Source: a virus
DNA length: 64,000 bases
Direction: 5' to 3' (one strand)
IMG/VR virus record: IMGVR_UViG_3300025401_000016
Location: 36,828 to 100,827 of that record
Under the pieces are notes generated by a model. That model did no database searches. It was not told where the DNA came from and worked only from the letters and a program-made list of their open reading frames with translations. A program made the translations under genes and the position numbers. Numbering within the stretch: position 1 is the stretch's first letter; each line of letters begins with the position of its first letter. Shown here in pieces: positions 1 to 15,000 of the stretch.

Positions 1-3000
1 GTTGATGTATTAAAAACAATTGCTAACAACAATAATATTAGTCCTATTGCAAGCGCTGCACTAGCCAGTACCACAAATCGTGCAAAACGTCCTATCATTG
101 AATTCTATCCTAATCTAAGATTATTTGATCATGGAATCAATGGTAAAGATACAATCGATTATTTTGACAATATTACTCCAAATGCATTGTCTACTATAGC
201 AGGTGGATCATTAAATGTATATTATCCTGATGGCCCAACAAGTGCACTATTTGATGGTGCTAGAGTTGTTTTTGCTGCAGACAACGATATCAATGTTAGA
301 AATAAAATATATACTTGCCATGTAGCAACTATCAACAACAAACAAATCATAACATTGAGTGTTGCATTCGATGGTAATATCGAATACTTAGACAATGTAC
401 ATGTATCTAGAGGTGAATCAAATGCAGGCTATAGTTTTTACTTTGATGGTAACCAGTGGTTAAATTGCCAAGAAAAACAAACAGTAAATCAATCACCTTT
501 GTTTGATTTGTTTGATAAAAATGGTAACAGTTTAAGTGATCAAGAATACTATCCTGGTAGTGATTTCAAAGGTTGCACATTATTTGAGTATCTATTGGGA
601 TCAAATCCATTAGATCCAGTACTGAACTTACCTATTAGCTATAGCGGAGTAGGTAATTTAAATGACATTGTATTTCAAACTTCATTGAATGCAAATACAT
701 TCAATTATGTTATAAACAATACCAGTTATAATGAACAAGTAAACATTGGTTATGTACACTCATATGATAAAAACAATCAATTGGTAAGAAAAATTGGGTG
801 GAATACTGCGGTTGAACGTAGTTTTCAATATCAAATTTTTAACTTTGTGTATAATTCTGTAACAATGCCTAATGGTCCTATATTTGTTGCTGATGTAATG
901 ATTAAAGATAGTATGTCAACAATGTGGCCCACTATTGTAGTCTATGTTGACAATTCAGTTGTTGATAGTACTAATTATACAGTTACAAATACAAATGATA
1001 CAACTTCAATTACAATAACATCAAGTATCAGTGATGGTACACACGTTGATATTATGTTATATAGTGATCAAACTAGTAATATAGGATACTATGATATACC
1101 AACTAATTTAGATCACAATCCATTCAATGAAACCATCACTACTCTTACAAGTGGTGATATCAGAGGACATTACAAAAGTATTTGTAACAATTTAGCAGGT
1201 AATTTAATTGGTACTAGTTTTGGTGCAAACAACTATAGAGATTTAGGTGATGTTACAGGTTATGGAACAAGAATCATACAGAATAGTAGTAGTTTACCTA
1301 TTGCCGCTGCTTTTATTCGTAAACAAAGTGCAAACTTCTTTAATGGTTTAATATACAATAGCAATGAATATGTAAAATTTAAATCAACATTGGTTTATAC
1401 TGTAGATCAACAAAATTATACACCATACGATAGTGCCGCATATATGCTAGATGATACATTGAGTATCATGGTTGGGGTAAAATCACCAGATAACAGCTTC
1501 TTCTGGAGTGATATGATACCTAATCAGAATCCAACCATTAGTAATAGCTATGCGTTTAGAATTGGTTTAAGTAAAGCATTATTCCCATTATCTAGAGTAT
1601 ATGATTTTACAGTTGCAAATTATTATGGTGTATTAGCATATGTTAATAGAACAGTAGACGGATTGCCTGTACAATTACAATTAGCAAAAGATATTGATTA
1701 TGTTATTGTAGACAATTATCTTGAAATTATAGTACCATTAAATGACGGTGATGTAATTACGGTTAATGAATATGACCAAACATATGGTAGTTATATACCT
1801 AATACTCCTACTAAGTTAGGATTTTATCCAAAGTACGTACCTACAGTTATATTAGATGATACATATTCAACACCTACATATTTTATCATTGGGCATGATG
1901 GAAGTTATACTAAGTTGTACGGTGAATACAATAACGGACTGTTACAAGATTTCCGTGACAAAGTATTATATGAATTTGAATTGCGTGTTTACAACAACAT
2001 GAAAGTAAACACTACATTTGCAATTCAGCCAAATGATATTCGTCCTGGATTCTTCAGAGATACAGGTTACTCATATGATGAGTACATGTCAATTTATACT
2101 ACCAACTTTTTAAATTGGGTTGGATTAAATCGTATTAATTATACTAATCAGTTCTATGATAGTACTGATGATTACACATATAATTATAATACTGCAATCA
2201 GTAGTTTAAGTAATACAACATTCAACAGTGGTAATTGGAGAGGTATATTCTTAAATCTATATGATACTTGCAATCCACATGATAGACCATGGGAGATGTT
2301 AGGCTTTGTTATAGAACCAAGTTGGTGGCAAACACGTTATGGTGCTGCACCATATACAAGTGATAACTTATTGTTATGGACAGATTTAAGTAATGGATTC
2401 ATTTACAACAATGGTAATAGTTATATTGATAAAAACTATGTAAGAGATGGATTACTAAAAATTATTCCAGTTGATGAGAATGGAAATCTATTAAGTCCAT
2501 TCAGAATCAAAGGATTGATTAAGCGTTATAAAATCACTGATTTCAAAAATAATTGGAGTGTAGGTGATGTTGGCCCTGCTGAATATAGTTATATAAAAAG
2601 TAGCTCATACCCATTCGATTTAATGCGTATATACGCATTACTAAAACCAAGCGATTTCTTTTGTTTAGGTTTAGACTTAGATGGCTACCGATACAATACT
2701 GAGTTCAACCAATTTTTAACTGATGATCGCTATAGAACATCATTGACAAATATTAATGTATATGGGAATGGTCAAGGCTTAGCCAGATCACTGCAGGATC
2801 AGTATGCAAAGCATAGTTATTTGAATTGGTTAGTTGATTATCTCAATCAATATGGTGTTGGTAGTAGTGAAACTATTGCAAATACATTGGCAAGTCTAGA
2901 TGTTAGATTAGCATATAGAATGGCTGGATTTAGCGATCAAAATCAACTACAATTTTTAATTGAAAAAGGTAGTCCAAATAGTACTAGCAATTCATTATTG

Positions 3001-6000
3001 ATCCCGGACGATAGCTATAGTATATTGTTGTACCAAAACGAACCTAATGACATCATTGTTTATAGCTCTGTTATTGTGCAGAAAACACTAACAGGATATA
3101 AAGTATTTGGTAACAGTCAAAACAAAGCATACTTCTTAAGTTATGCACCTTACTATAACAACCTAGTAAACCCAATCACAGTAGCTAACACAACAGTTAA
3201 TATCCCAATAACTTACACAACAACTGTGATTACTACTCCATATGGAACAGAATTCTCTAGTGTACAATTATTATGTGAATTCTTAAAAGGATATGGTAAT
3301 TATTTAGAATCTCAGGGTATGCAATTTAATGACATTGAAAATAATGTTGCTATTACATGGGATCAAATGATTGCTGAAATATTGTATTGGTATAACAGTG
3401 GATGGGAAGTTGGTAGTACTATTAATGTTAACCCAAATGCAAATACACTTACAATTGATACTGGAAGTACAGTAGTTCAACCTCTTACCGATTATACACA
3501 TAATTTTGTATTGAATCAAAATTTGGTTCAATTTCCATTAGAAAGTCTAGCAATCACACGTATTGATACACAGTTTACTGTAAAATCATTAAGTCAAGCC
3601 GACGCTATAAGTTATTTTAAGAGTACATTGAGTAGCGTAGAACATGCAGTTGTATTCAATAATGTAACTGTGTTTAACGATGTTGTGTTTAACTTACTTA
3701 CTGGATTGAGACAACAACGACTTTATCTAAGAGGCACAAAGAGCAATAATTGGAATGGTACATTGTACGCACCTGGCTTTATCATCAATCAAAGTAATGT
3801 AGAACCTTGGACTCCAAATACGCAATACTACAAAGGTGATACAGTATTGTATAAAAATAGTTACTACATGGCTAACATTCCTGTGATAATTCCAAGTGAC
3901 GTATTTACAGCTAGTAATTGGATTAAAACCCAGTACCAAAATATACATAAGGGGTTAATTGCTAATCCAAATACCAGAGCCAGTGAAAGTCAATTGTATT
4001 ATGACACACATTCTAGTAATTTACAAAATGATGCGGACTTGTTAGGATATTCATTGATTGGATATAGACCCAGATCGTATCTAAGTGATATTAATCTAAC
4101 GGATCCAAGTCAAGTTAATTTATATCAATCAATGATTGCACTTAAAGGTACTGAAAATGCACTAAACATATTACAAAGTATTGATTTGAATGCGATTCAA
4201 TTCAATTATAGTATGTACGAGAATTGGTTAGTACAAAAATCAGAATATGGTGGTATATTAAACCAAAACTTCATTGAATTCACACTAGATGGTGGAATGT
4301 TAACTGGTAATCCAGCAATCGTTAGTGTCATTGTTGATAAACCAGTTAGTGCAAGTCAACAAGAAGTGCCACTATATAGTCTAACCAATTACGGAAGACT
4401 ATTAGATAATACAAATATATTGCCACTCAAGACAACTCAAAATACAAAAGGTCTACCAAGTGCAGGTTATGCTAACTTGAATGACACAACATACTATAGT
4501 TATAACTTAAATCAATTACCAAATAGTACAATTTATAATTTATACGGAGATGATTATATATACCTAGCCGATTCCAATGGTGATTGGGGTATGTATTGTG
4601 CAATACCTATCAAAGATGTAAGAGTAACACATGTCATTAATAATCTCAATGGAACAGTAACAATAACATTTACTAAATCACCTTTACTAAATGTTGGTGA
4701 TATGATTGGTATATTGAATTTTGATACTAGAGTGGATGGTTACTATACAATAGATGTAGTAGTAAACAATACCACATACATCATAACATTAACATTAAGC
4801 AATAATGTGACACAGGTAACTAGTGGTACTGCATCGTTTGTATTCAATTTAGAATCTGTTAGACTTTCTAGTCCTATAGGATTGTTAAACCTAAGTTTAC
4901 CATATGAGTACTCAAATAATTTAGTATGGGTAGATAGTGATAAAAATAACAATTGGGCAGTACTAGAGAAAAGTTTAAATTATACTAAACAAAATTTCTT
5001 AGGTAGCATCAGTGGTAATGAAACATACGGTGATAGTGTTAACTATGTACCGGGAGTAGGTTATGTTGTTGGTGATAGTACATTAGGTAATGTGTATACC
5101 TATGCAAAAACAGACAACGGATACATACTAAGAAATACAATTTCACATACTCCACCTTTTGGTAAAACCATTGCTAGAAATGATGAGTTTTTATTAGTTT
5201 CTAGTCCAGATAGTTCACTAACATACATCTACATATATAGAATTGTTCAATCACCTGAGATTGAAGCATTGGTTCCAGAACAAATACTTAGCTTTGCATT
5301 GGATACACCTGTTGGTAATACAATGACTGTATCCGGTGACGGGCAGTTGTTGTTTTTAAGTATTGATGGATATAGAACAAACAGTTTGTCTGATACCTGG
5401 GTGATTCCTCCTACTGTATTAGTATATAAACGCAATCCTTCATATACATATCAACACATTAAATCTACACAAGAAATTACAATCAATGGTACACCAGTGT
5501 ACGAATTGATGCGTTTATCTGAAGCAACATTACCTGATAAAAAGTATTTCAAAGTAATGGGTGATCAAACTGTTAATGGTGATATTCATACAGGTGCTAG
5601 AGTAACATTCTATCAATATACACAGTTTGGTACATCATCAATATATTCATTTGGTTATATACCACAAGCATATACTAAACCTGCAGTTGTTGTGACAGGT
5701 GGTAGTGGCACTAGTGCGTCATTTGATGTAACTCTAAATCAAACACGATATACTGCTGCTATACATGCAGCTGGTACAGGTTATACAGTTAATGATATAT
5801 TGACTATACCTTATACTATTTTAGATGGCTTAAGTACAACAAATAATTTAGTAATCAAAGTAGTAACAGTCAGTAGTACCGGCCAAATAACAAGTGCAAG
5901 TATAGTTTCTGGTGTTGCAAACGGATATAATTTAAATACAGATCCTGCTGATTCTCAATCAGTATTATTTAAAGCAACCGGATTCCCAAATTCAAGTAAT

Positions 6001-9000
6001 AATTACTTACAACAATATAGAAAATATTATTTGAAATTAACAGGTACTATCCCAGTTGGTACAGTAATTAGTTTTGACCCTACTGCTGATATTGTGGATT
6101 ATACATTGACTGCAAATAACACATATTATGGTACTTTGTTGACAGGTATAACTGCTACAAATAAAGTAAGCACAAGCGGAACAGGTACAGTAAAATTTGA
6201 TGTAGATGTAAATGGAGCAACATATTTAAATGCAACACCAAGTCTTGGTTACTTAGGAACTGGTTATGCAGTAAATGATACATTAACTATATTAGGTTCT
6301 AGTTTAGGCGGTGTTGATACAACTAATGACTTAGTTTTACAAGTTACTGCAATTGGTACCTCGGGTAGTATAGCACAAGTTGAAATAGTATCTGGTACAG
6401 CAGTATCCTCTGAATATACAACATTATATCTTGATAACAGCAATTTACAAGCAACATTGTTTGCAGAAACATTCATTGCATTAGATTACGGACCTAGCCA
6501 TGTATCATCTTACATATTATCTGACACTAGTAATGCAGTATATGTATATAAAAACATGTTGCCAAATTATGTAACAATAATCACATCAAAGTATGATATT
6601 ATAAGTGATGTGACTACATATTTTACAGTAGAATATATTGGTTATAGTGTCACTGGAGTCAATACATATGTAAGATCGGTTAACAATCAGTTTTCATTGG
6701 TTGGTAATTTAAATAACGCAATATCACAAGACCCTGCAACAGGTTTATATTCATTAGGTCAAGTACCTACTAATAGCTTTGGAAGCAGTATTGCTAATAG
6801 CTATAATGGGGATAAGTTGTTTATTGGATCCCCCACAAGTAATTTCAATGATGCAATTGCAAATGTTGGATATGTTTATATATACACACGTTTGAGCGAA
6901 ACTTGGGAAGTTCAGTATGATGTTGCAAGTACTGATTTTTATACTTTGATATTACCTTGGGTACCAGACCCAAGCAGTTCAGTATACATTAATGGAGCTA
7001 TGTTAGAGACAAATCAATATGTAGTATTGAACTTATTGTCACAAGGTTGTTTCTTATTGATAGGACCTCGTGTACATGCAGGCGATATCATTACATTAAG
7101 TAGCCCAAACTTTGTATTAGATGCAAGAATAGCCAGTTATGATTCATTGGCACAATTACATCAAGGGCAAAAATTTGGTTCAAGTTTAGCATGTAATATT
7201 TCAGGTAGTGAACTATTAGTTGGTACTCCATATGATGTAACTGTTAAGGGCCAAGAAGGTGCAGTATACCGTTATACAAATGAAGGTAAAAAGTTTGGTA
7301 CAATAACTGCACTGATTGCTGCAAACAATCAATTAGGTGCAACTTATATATTGTTGAATGGCTATCGTGTTACGATCCCAGCAAGCGCTGATGCATATGA
7401 TGTTGCAAATGCTATCAATGAGTTTGCTGTTCCTAATATTATAGCTTATGTATATGATGCACCCACTGGAGAGAATTTATTAAGAATTAGATTGCTTAAC
7501 CAGGACTTAATAAGCGGTGACAATAAATTAAACATAGCAGTATTCAATGGTAATTTCTTGTATGAATTAGGAATTAGTTCATATATAAAAACACAAACTA
7601 TTCGTGAACCGCATCCACAGAATAGCAGTCGTTTTGGATTAAAACTTGCATTCAATGAAGCAAGTAGTTTTGTTGTAACTGCCCCAAGAGCAACTAGATA
7701 CCTAAATACAGTATTTGATCTGATTGATGCAAATAATTCACATAACAATACTGTATTTGATAATAACTTAACAATATTTGAAGATAGTTTCTCTAACGCA
7801 GGTGCAGCATATGTATACGATTATGTTACACCTTATAAAGAAACGTTATTGAATACTGGACAGTTTATATTTGGACAAGCAGTTAACGATACTATTATTG
7901 ATTATGGTCCTACACCAGAATATGGATTAAGTGTTGCGTTTAGTAATAATATTATTATGGTTGGTAGCCCTAACTTTAAGTCCAACACACAAATACAAAC
8001 ATTGACATTTATGGGTGATGGCACAACAAAACGTTTTGGTCCATTAGCTGATGGTATTACTATATTCCAGTTGTTAGTAAAAGTAGATGGACTACCACTA
8101 AAAGCAATTACAGATACAATGTATTATAATGGTGACGGAGTAAGAACAATATTCCCTATACCTGGTCAACTACAACCTAGTGATTTGTTAGTAACAGTTA
8201 ATAATGCACAAAAAGTACCTTATACTGATTACATTACATCAGGTAATAATCTAACTTTCACAACTGTACCGGGTTCAGGAAGTGTAGTAGCTATTACTGG
8301 TTTAAGTTCAAATACATTTAGATTAGATAGTAATATGAGTGGTGGATTGCATATATTATTCTATAGTGCACCGTCTAATAATAGTGTTATAACTGTTGTA
8401 GAAAATTTGACATCTAGTGTAAATGGTTATGCAGCTGAAAATGGTAGTGTGATAATATATGAAAATACTAAAGGTATTACAAATTGGCACACATATCGTA
8501 GTCCATGTGAAATTGTAGATGTAGCAAAGATCAACAAAGTTCAATTGTATAATAATATAGACAATACTAATTTAGATTCACTAGATTATTTTGACCCATT
8601 GAATGGTAAACTATTAGGTGCAGTAAAAGAAAATATTGATTATATTTCAAGCAACGATCCTGCAGGATATAATTCAGATGTTTCACATGCATCGGGTAAA
8701 AATACATGGGGACAAGATCATGTAGGTAAATTATGGTATGATACATCAACCTCAAAATACCTAGACTATCACCAAGATGATTTATCATATAACAGTAGTT
8801 ATTGGGGTTATTTATTCCCAGGTAGTATTGTTAGTGTATATACTTGGATAAGTAGTTCAGTTGATCCATCAATGTATAAAGGTCCTGGTACAGTATATAA
8901 TACCAACTTATATGCAGTATCATATAGTACAACAAGTGCATCACAACTAAATGCAACATACTATTTCTGGGTAAGAAATACAAATACATTATACGGTGAT

Positions 9001-12000
9001 AAAACTCTTACTGATACAGTATTAGAAAACTACATTAGTGATCCACAAAATAGTGGTATCACATACTTTGCACCATTAACAAGCAATACATTTGCATTAT
9101 ATAATAGCCGTGATAATATCAATGGATTGAATACAAATATACATATTGGATATAGTTCTGGTAATGGGCAAAGTGTATCACATGCAGAATATGAACTAAT
9201 TCGTGCGAATTTTGCTGATGATTTCTTACCGGGCTTTATTGATAATAACTTAGGTATAACCAGCCCAACTGGACTATACTCTGTATTATTAGATAGTTTT
9301 GCAGGTGCTGATGAGGCTGGAGAAATCGTTCCTAACTTTAGACTACCTGCATATTTGCAAGTAGGTATCAATGTAAGACCTAGACAAAGTATGTTTATCA
9401 ATCGCTTTAATGCATTGAAAAACTATTTGACATACGCTAATAATATAATCATACAATATCCTATCAATGATTATAGTGCCCCTTCATTCTTATATACAAC
9501 TGGTGAATACTATAATACAAGTAACTACTGGTATAATGTATACTGGTGGCAAACAGGTTATGATAATAATACAAAGACAGCAGTAGAAGTCAGTACATAT
9601 AGTGATTTATTGAAACTAACACCTACATCTGGTTTGATTGTTGGTGTAAGACAAAACAATAAAGGTAAACGTGAAATTTACATATACAACAATAATATTT
9701 GGTCACGTATTGGTTTACAAGATGGCACTATACAATTTAGTAGTGCGTTGTGGGATTACACAAATAATTTAATTGGATTTGGTAACAGTTTCTTTGACAC
9801 TACTCCCTTTGGATATTTCCCTAGTATTGAAACACGCTACATCATACGTGCATTGAATGAACAAATTTATGTTAATGAGTTGTTAGAACATCGTAACAAG
9901 AGTTTGATATTGATATTTGAATATATTCAAAGTGAAAATATTGCAGGACATAATTATTTGCCGTGGCTTAATAAATCAAGTTTTGTTGATATTGATTATG
10001 TAGTACGTTCATTGATACAGACACCTAACTATCGCCCAGATAATGATATATTGATAAGTGGATATGTTGATGAAATAAAACCTTATCATAGTGTAGTTAG
10101 AAATATTGAATACAAATATACTGTTCAAGATAATACAGAAACATATAGCACAGACTTTGATTTACCTCCCTTGTATAATAAAACAAGTGGTAAATTTACC
10201 AGTCCTAACCTAGTCTATAATGTTAAGCAATTAGGTACAGGTAATTATTTGGCATCTGACCCTATATGGCAAAACACCAATTATAGTGATTGGATTAATA
10301 ATTACGGGCTTAGTTTAGTTGACTCACCTAATTATATTGTATGTCTACTAAAAACATATGCATCTGCAGCTGATAGTATACTTTATGTTAATAATGCTAG
10401 AGGATTACCAATCGAAGGTATAATGAAAATTGACAATGAAGTTATTGCATACAATACAATAGATATAGAACATGGTACAATTTCAGGACTAACACGTGGC
10501 TTAAATCAAACAGTGGTAGTAGAACATTTTGCCGGCGCAAGCGTAATAATGGATTTACCTGCAATCGTAGTTCTTGATAGCGGAAGAGGTTATATTGACC
10601 CACCTACAGTTACCGCAGTTATTGACACAACAATATATCCAGCTCCTATTGTACCTGCAGTATTAAAACCAATTATGTCCGGTGATAGAGTTGTAGGAGT
10701 TACTGTAGTAAATCCTGGAAAGAACTATCCAACTGTTCCTGAAATTGTTATAAGTAGCAGTTATAATGTTTCCTTTACTAGCGACCAAATTAATTATGCT
10801 GCCAGTACAATTGTATTACCCACAACATATTTGGTTACAGGTGATCTAATAAGAAGTACAAGTGACAGTTCAACACAAACAACAGTCGCTGATGGATATT
10901 ATTACATATATGTACTTGCTCAATTAGTAGGTGGAGAGTTAGTAGAAATTACATTACATAAATCATTTTCAGATAGTTTAGCAGGTAACGGAAAGGTTCA
11001 ACTTGTTCCACCTACTAATCTAGTGACATATACATTTGGATTAACTGCTCAAGCAGTACCTCAAGTAAGTAATACTGTTGTGCGTGGTTTAAGTCCTAAG
11101 TTACGCTTTGATAGAACAAGTTACGAACCAAAAATAGTGCCTTGGAAACCTAGCTTATTTTACAGTAGTCCTTATGCAGGAGTAGGATCAGATATAAGTC
11201 AGACACTTGGTTTAAACTATGGCACAGTTATCAATACAATACCAGACTCTGGTACAGTATCACCTAGTGGTGGCACAGGCGCCACATTTACAATTTATAA
11301 CATGTTACTTGGTGGAACATACGATGCAGTTATTGTTCATTCTGGTACCGGGTATCATGTAAATGATGTTATAACTATTGCCGGTAACTTATTGAATGGT
11401 GCAACCACTGCCAATGATTGCAGAATAACTGTAACAGCGGTAAAGAACATTTATAATAATGGTCAGGGTATGAATCAAGATAGTACTAGTGGTTCTGGTA
11501 CTGGTGCATTGTTTATTATAACCAGTAATGGATCTACTTATACTGTTACTAGTGGTTATCATTATGGTACTGGATATGTTGCAAATGATACAATTACATT
11601 TGTAGGTACACGATTTGGTGGTGCAACACCTGCTAACGACTTAGTAATTACTGTAACATCGGCAAATGCTTCGGGTGCTATCGCACAAGGTGGATTTACA
11701 TATGCAGGTACACCTGTTAATACTGGTTCAATCACATCAGTCTCAGTTGCAGGTATTCCTATTACTGCAAATATAGGAGCTAGTGCTACAGGTGTATTGT
11801 TACCGATTACTAATTCTACAACTGATGGTAATGGTGATATTGTAGTTAGTTTTAATTATGCAGTTAGTGGAATGACTCCGGCACAAATTCAAGGTTCACC
11901 TATATATTTCTACAATAGCAATGAATACTATACATATGATGACACTCTTAATAGTGGTGCTAAATTAGAAATTTATAGACCTAGATTTGATCCATACAAT

Positions 12001-15000
12001 CTTAGAGAAGAATATACAGTAAAAGTTATAAGTTCTGGCAATATTTACAATGACAATAGTGTGATTGTAATAGCAGGTACAAATTTAGGAGGAACAAGTC
12101 CTGCTAATGATGCTACAATATTCATAACAACAGGAGAGGCTACAGGTAATCATCCTATTAGCACTGTACGTGTTACAGGTGTAAGTTATGATGCATTTGA
12201 CATATATTATGCTAAACCTGTAAACAACACAGATGTACAGGTATATGTTGATAGTACGATGAAGATACCATTGAAAGCATCACACTATACATATACCAAT
12301 TATGTTAGTTTAAGTACCGGTACTAATCCAGTATCATATGCATACATACCAGAGCCAATCTATGCAGGTGAAAGCTATATCTATGATGAAAGCAGTTATG
12401 TCATATACAATGACATTGCATATCGTTGTATACAAAGCAACAATGATAGTACATTCATTGCTTCAAAATGGGTAAAAGTAAATCAAGATGATGTTAATCT
12501 TAATGCATTAGATAGAATTGCAACATACTATAGTCCTACTAGTAACATGTTACCTAAAGATATCAAACAATTGATAGCAGGTGTTTCTTATCCTGATAAT
12601 GTTTACTATGGTAATAGTTTTAGTCCAGAAGACAGTTATCCAATTGATGTAGTGGTTGCTGGACAAGAGTTCTACCCAACAAATGTAAATATCATTTCAC
12701 TAATATATGACGGAACACATTATATTGGCTTATCTGAAAACTCACAACATAGTAGTGTGTTGTCTAGTACAGATGGAATTCATTATAACAACAACACAGT
12801 TAGTACACAACCATTATCGGTTACAAGTATAACATATTATGATCCATATCAACAATACTTGGTAACAACAGGTGTTGCAGAAAATCCAATCATGTTGAGT
12901 TACGATTTGGAGAATTGGGTCACAGTTGGTGCTACTGTTAATAAATTTGGTGTATCACATTTTGATGAAACACCATTTGATGTAAATCAAATATCATGTC
13001 CACCTGGTGTGTTGAATAGCATAACAGTCGCACAAGGTTATTATTATGCAGCCGGAGAAACAATATTAAGTAGTCCCGATGGAACAACATGGACAACAGT
13101 TTCACCATCTGATAATTCAACTAGAATGTTGTATTGCATCAAGAATATTGTAACATCACATTTTGATGGTTTTGTAGCAGTTGGCGGAGAAACAATAGTA
13201 ACATCTGATGCAGGAACAAGTGCACCAGCAACCACAAATGCAAGCACTATCATTTATAGTACAGATGGTGTCACATGGACAGTATTGACTCCATATATAA
13301 CAACCAATACATTATATACAATATGTTCTTCACCAACTACAATAGTAGTTGCAGGTGATAATGGATGTGTATATACTACATTAAATGGAACTACTTGGTC
13401 TACTCCTACAATAACACCTACCGTTACTACAAAATTAAATAGTTCAACTTATGCATTAGGTAAATTTGTAATTGTAGGTGATAATGGTACTATACTAACC
13501 TCAAGTGATGGGTTAACATTTGATAAAGTAATAGTTAATGTAAATTATAATTTCAATTCTATTACATTTGATGGTACATATTTGTATATAGGTGCAGATG
13601 GCGGCAATATTTATCGCAGTAACAATCCATCTACAACTTGGTTGGATGTTAGTGTTATTGGACAACCAAGCAATCAAATAGATCCATTAGAAAAATTACC
13701 TTATGTAACAGTTAAAGGTAATGATTTCTTATTTGGTTATGGACCAGAAGAATTAGTTCCTGGTGTAATGACAGACATCGTATCGATACGTGTAATCACA
13801 ACCCCTGGCAGTCATTGGGATGATAATGACTTGATACTTCAAAATGTAGGCGGTTCATATATTGGATATACAAATTTCAATAAAGCGCACCAACTAGTTA
13901 CTGTTACTGCACAAAAATTCAGTTTTTCTAATTTAGTTGTAAATCCTGCACAATTAAGTGTTTTCTTGTTTGATTCAACTGATGGTACAGGAACAGGTAC
14001 ACGATTATATCAAACTATAGATTATACGATCAATTGGATTACTAAAGTAGTTACATTAGTTAATTCTGTAGATTCAATGAAATCAATTGTAGTTGAAGTA
14101 TATGAAATTGGTAATGGTAATCAATATGCTCGTGGTACATCTGATAATATTCCATTACAGACAAATAGTTTAACTGGTCTTAGTGAAATACATATACAAC
14201 ATGCATATATACCGCAAGATAATAACCCGGTCTGTTACCATAATGGAAATAAACTTGTATATGAAACCGACTATTTTGTCACCTATAGTGGCGGTGAGTA
14301 CAACTATACAATAATAAGTTTTGCAAATACATATGATCAATCAATAGATTTCATTTCTTTTGCATTATTAGATACTAGTAAAAATCATCTTAACTTGTAT
14401 GAAATTGGTTATTCAATTCCTGAGACACAAGTATTCAGTTATACATCTAGTAGTGTGTTTAATTTGTCAAGTAATATTACTGTGAATACACCAAATGCAA
14501 CAAATGCAATTGTTGAAAAGAATGGATTAAGATTAGCATCTAGTGATTACACAATTGATACGACAGCCAATACATTAACCATATCTGCATCATTGAGTGC
14601 AGGTGATCATGTTGCGATTACAACATTCAACGAAACGAAACGCTTATTCTTGAATACCAAAACAAGTACATCATTGAGTGGAAGTAGCGTTACATTGACA
14701 ATGGACCAACCAGTTGATTCCGGTACATATCCTGATGTCACTCCTTATTACTATACCAATGCATTAGTGTATATCAATGGAAAAATAATAAGCCCTGACT
14801 TATACTCATTCCAAACTGGTACTAATACAATTACTATTACTCCTAAAACTTCTGTTAGTAGCGGGGACGTGGTAACAGTATTAGCGATGGTTACAGGAGC
14901 AACACCAAATAGCAATACATTCACGATTGATATTGATAAAAACTCAAATATGAGTATATATAGGGATAATGATGTTGATGGCACTTGGTTAGTTCAAGAT